Of a DNA stretch of 64,000 bases, positions 62,613 through 64,000 are shown in pieces. The stretch lies in the NCBI GenBank assembly GCA_040902765.1, contig JBBDWO010000007.1, positions 20,113 to 84,112 on the forward strand, given 5' to 3'. Source of the stretch: Acidimicrobiia bacterium (GTDB taxonomy: Bacteria > Actinomycetota > Acidimicrobiia > Spongiisociales > UBA11373). Numbering within the stretch: position 1 is the stretch's first letter; every line of letters starts with the position of its first letter. The position numbers and the translations under genes are program-made. The notes under the pieces are model-generated. The model worked only from the letters and a program-made list of their open reading frames with translations. It had not been told where the DNA came from and made no database searches.

Positions 62613-64000
62613 ATGTCGAAGCGCAGGACCGCTGGGATCGTCGCCGGTGCCGGGTTGGGTGTCGCAGCCGCGGCTGCCCTGCGCCGGTTCTGGTCGAGGG
62701 GTGACCCGGGTCCCGACGACACGGGCGATGCTCCGGTTGGGTCCGCTGGCGCCGCGTTCCTCGAGCACCTCGCCGAGGCCGTTCGGATCTCTACCGTCTC
62801 CTACGAGGACCGATCGCTCATCGACCAGGCTGCCTTCGTCGAGTTCGGCCGGTTCCTCGAACGCACCTACCCGCTCGTGCACGCGCACCTCGAGCGGGAG
62901 GCGGTCGCCGAGCACTCGCTGCTCTACGCCTGGCACGGGTCGGATCCGGCCGCCCAACCGTTCCTGCTCCTCGCCCATCAAGATGTGGTTCCGGTGGAAC
63001 CTGGGACCGAGGACGCCTGGCCATACGCTGCCTTCTCAGGCGATGTCGCCGACGGGTTTCTGTGGGGCCGGGGCGCTATCGACGACAAGGGTTCGCTCAT
63101 CGGAATCCTCGAAGCCGTCGAGTCGCTGCTCACCGGGGGCTTCCAACCGTCCTGCACCGTCTACCTCGCCTTCGGGCACGACGAGGAGATCGGTGGCTCC
63201 GCCGGGGCCGCGGCGATCGCCCAGACCCTGGCAGACCGCGGCGTGGCCCTGTCGTTCGTCCTCGACGAGGGCGGCGCCGTCGCCAGCGAGTTCTTCCCCG
63301 GCCTAGACGTCCCCGTCGCCCTGCTCGGGATCGCTGAGAAGGGCTACCTCAACGTGCGTCTCAGCGCCACCGGTACCGGCGGGCACTCGTCGGTGCCCCC
63401 ACCTTCGACGGCGATCGGCAAGGTTGCCGCGGCGATCGCCCGCTTGGAGGCGAACCCGCTGCCGCCGCGGCTGGAGGCGCAGGGTCCCTTTTTCGCCGCT
63501 CTGGGTGCCGCCATGGGCGGGGTGAAAGGGCGACTGCTCTCCAACGCCGATCGTTTCCGCTGGCTGATCACCAGGCGGATGCTGGCCTCGCCCCAGACGG
63601 CGGCGCTCGTCCGCACCACGGCGGCGGTCACCATGGTGTCTGGAGGGGTGAAGCCCAATTTGCTGCCTCAGGATGCGTCGGCCGTGGTCAACTTCCGCAT
63701 CCTGCCCGGCGAGACAGCGGATCTGGTGCTGGAGCACGTTCGGTCCGTCGCCGGCCCCGAGGTGTCGGTGTCGGTTCTCGATGGTGGGTTCACATCGGAG
63801 CCGTCGCCGATGTCGTCGACCGAGTCGCCGGCGTTCGGCGACATCACGGCGACGATCACCGAGGTGTTCCCAGGCGTAGCCACGGTGCCCTGGGTGCTGA
63901 TGGGCGCCACCGACTCGCGTTACTTCGCCGGCGTGGCCGACAACGTGTATCGGTTCGCCCCCTTCACCGTCACTGCCGACGACATGAGCCGGATCCATGG
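62613..64000 (+). CDS. M20/M25/M40 family metallopeptidase (3' end lies outside the window)
   Basis: This frame is open from ATG 62613 to the window end and is not listed in the ORF track. MSKRRTAGIVAGAGLGV anchor, then LLAHQDVVP, GRGAIDDKG, FGHDEEIGG and GGHSS motifs. Confidence 0.8.
   Translation, partial: MSKRRTAGIVAGAGLGVAAAAALRRFWSRGDPGPDDTGDAPVGSAGAAFLEHLAEAVRISTVSYEDRSLIDQAAFVEFGRFLERTYPLVHAHLEREAVAEHSLLYAWHGSDPAAQPFLLLAHQDVVPVEPGTEDAWPYAAFSGDVADGFLWGRGAIDDKGSLIGILEAVESLLTGGFQPSCTVYLAFGHDEEIGGSAGAAAIAQTLADRGVALSFVLDEGGAVASEFFPGLDVPVALLGIAEKGYLNVRLSATGTGGHSSVPPPSTAIGKVAAAIARLEANPLPPRLEAQGPFFAALGAAMGGVKGRLLSNADRFRWLITRRMLASPQTAALVRTTAAVTMVSGGVKPNLLPQDASAVVNFRILPGETADLVLEHVRSVAGPEVSVSVLDGGFTSEPSPMSSTESPAFGDITATITEVFPGVATVPWVLMGATDSRYFAGVADNVYRFAPFTVTADDMSRIH

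Noticed and set aside
62449-63306. ORF 62449..63306 (+), 285 aa.
   Set aside because: It is in a different frame from an open reading frame (62613 to the window end) that has clear M20 peptidase motifs. The listed ORF is Ser/Pro/Arg-rich with no motifs.

Overview
This is a gene-dense, high-GC chromosomal window. It most likely comes from an Actinomycetota-type genome. The evidence for that is the dnaK-grpE-dnaJ-hspR operon order, a Bpa/PafE proteasome activator ending in GQYL, a LigC-type ligase next to a LigD-like primase-polymerase, and widespread 4-nt ATGA/GTGA start-stop overlaps. I support about 68 protein-coding genes or gene remnants. Most are housekeeping: purA/purB, a complete heme pathway on one strand (tetR-hemH-hemF, then hemA-C-D-B-L-E-N-Y-MFS), clpB, the dnaK operon, lgt, an lnt 3' end, an SPFH/NfeD pair, a tlpA-ccdA-crp operon, and assorted hydrolases and peptidases. 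I recognised no rRNA, tRNA, CRISPR array, transposase or integrase. The unusual content is non-coding. Almost every intergenic region longer than about 60 nt holds one or both of two repeat types. (1) Tandem arrays of heptanucleotides (GCTACTC, GCGAATA, GGTAGCT, GGGCGAG and similar), which resemble cyanobacterial STRR repeats. (2) A G/C-rich, multi-hairpin, MITE-like element of about 170-210 nt with terminal inverted repeats. Its inner hairpins differ between copies but stay self-complementary. Inverted heptamer arrays bracket two small selfish-looking genes: a 23S-IVS/Avd-type four-helix-bundle protein and a DUF559 Vsr-like endonuclease. The DUF559 gene sits between two MITE-like copies that separate ligC from its primase-polymerase partner. 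Other points of note are a three-block collinear clpB relic, a DUF427 paralog truncated at a repeat terminus, a frameshifted nnrE, a textbook 19-bp-spacer MerR promoter/operator, bpa lying about 1 kb from hspR, and a candidate extracytoplasmic thiol-redox module built around DUF3179. All calls come from reading the sequence and ORF translations by eye. No database search was possible.
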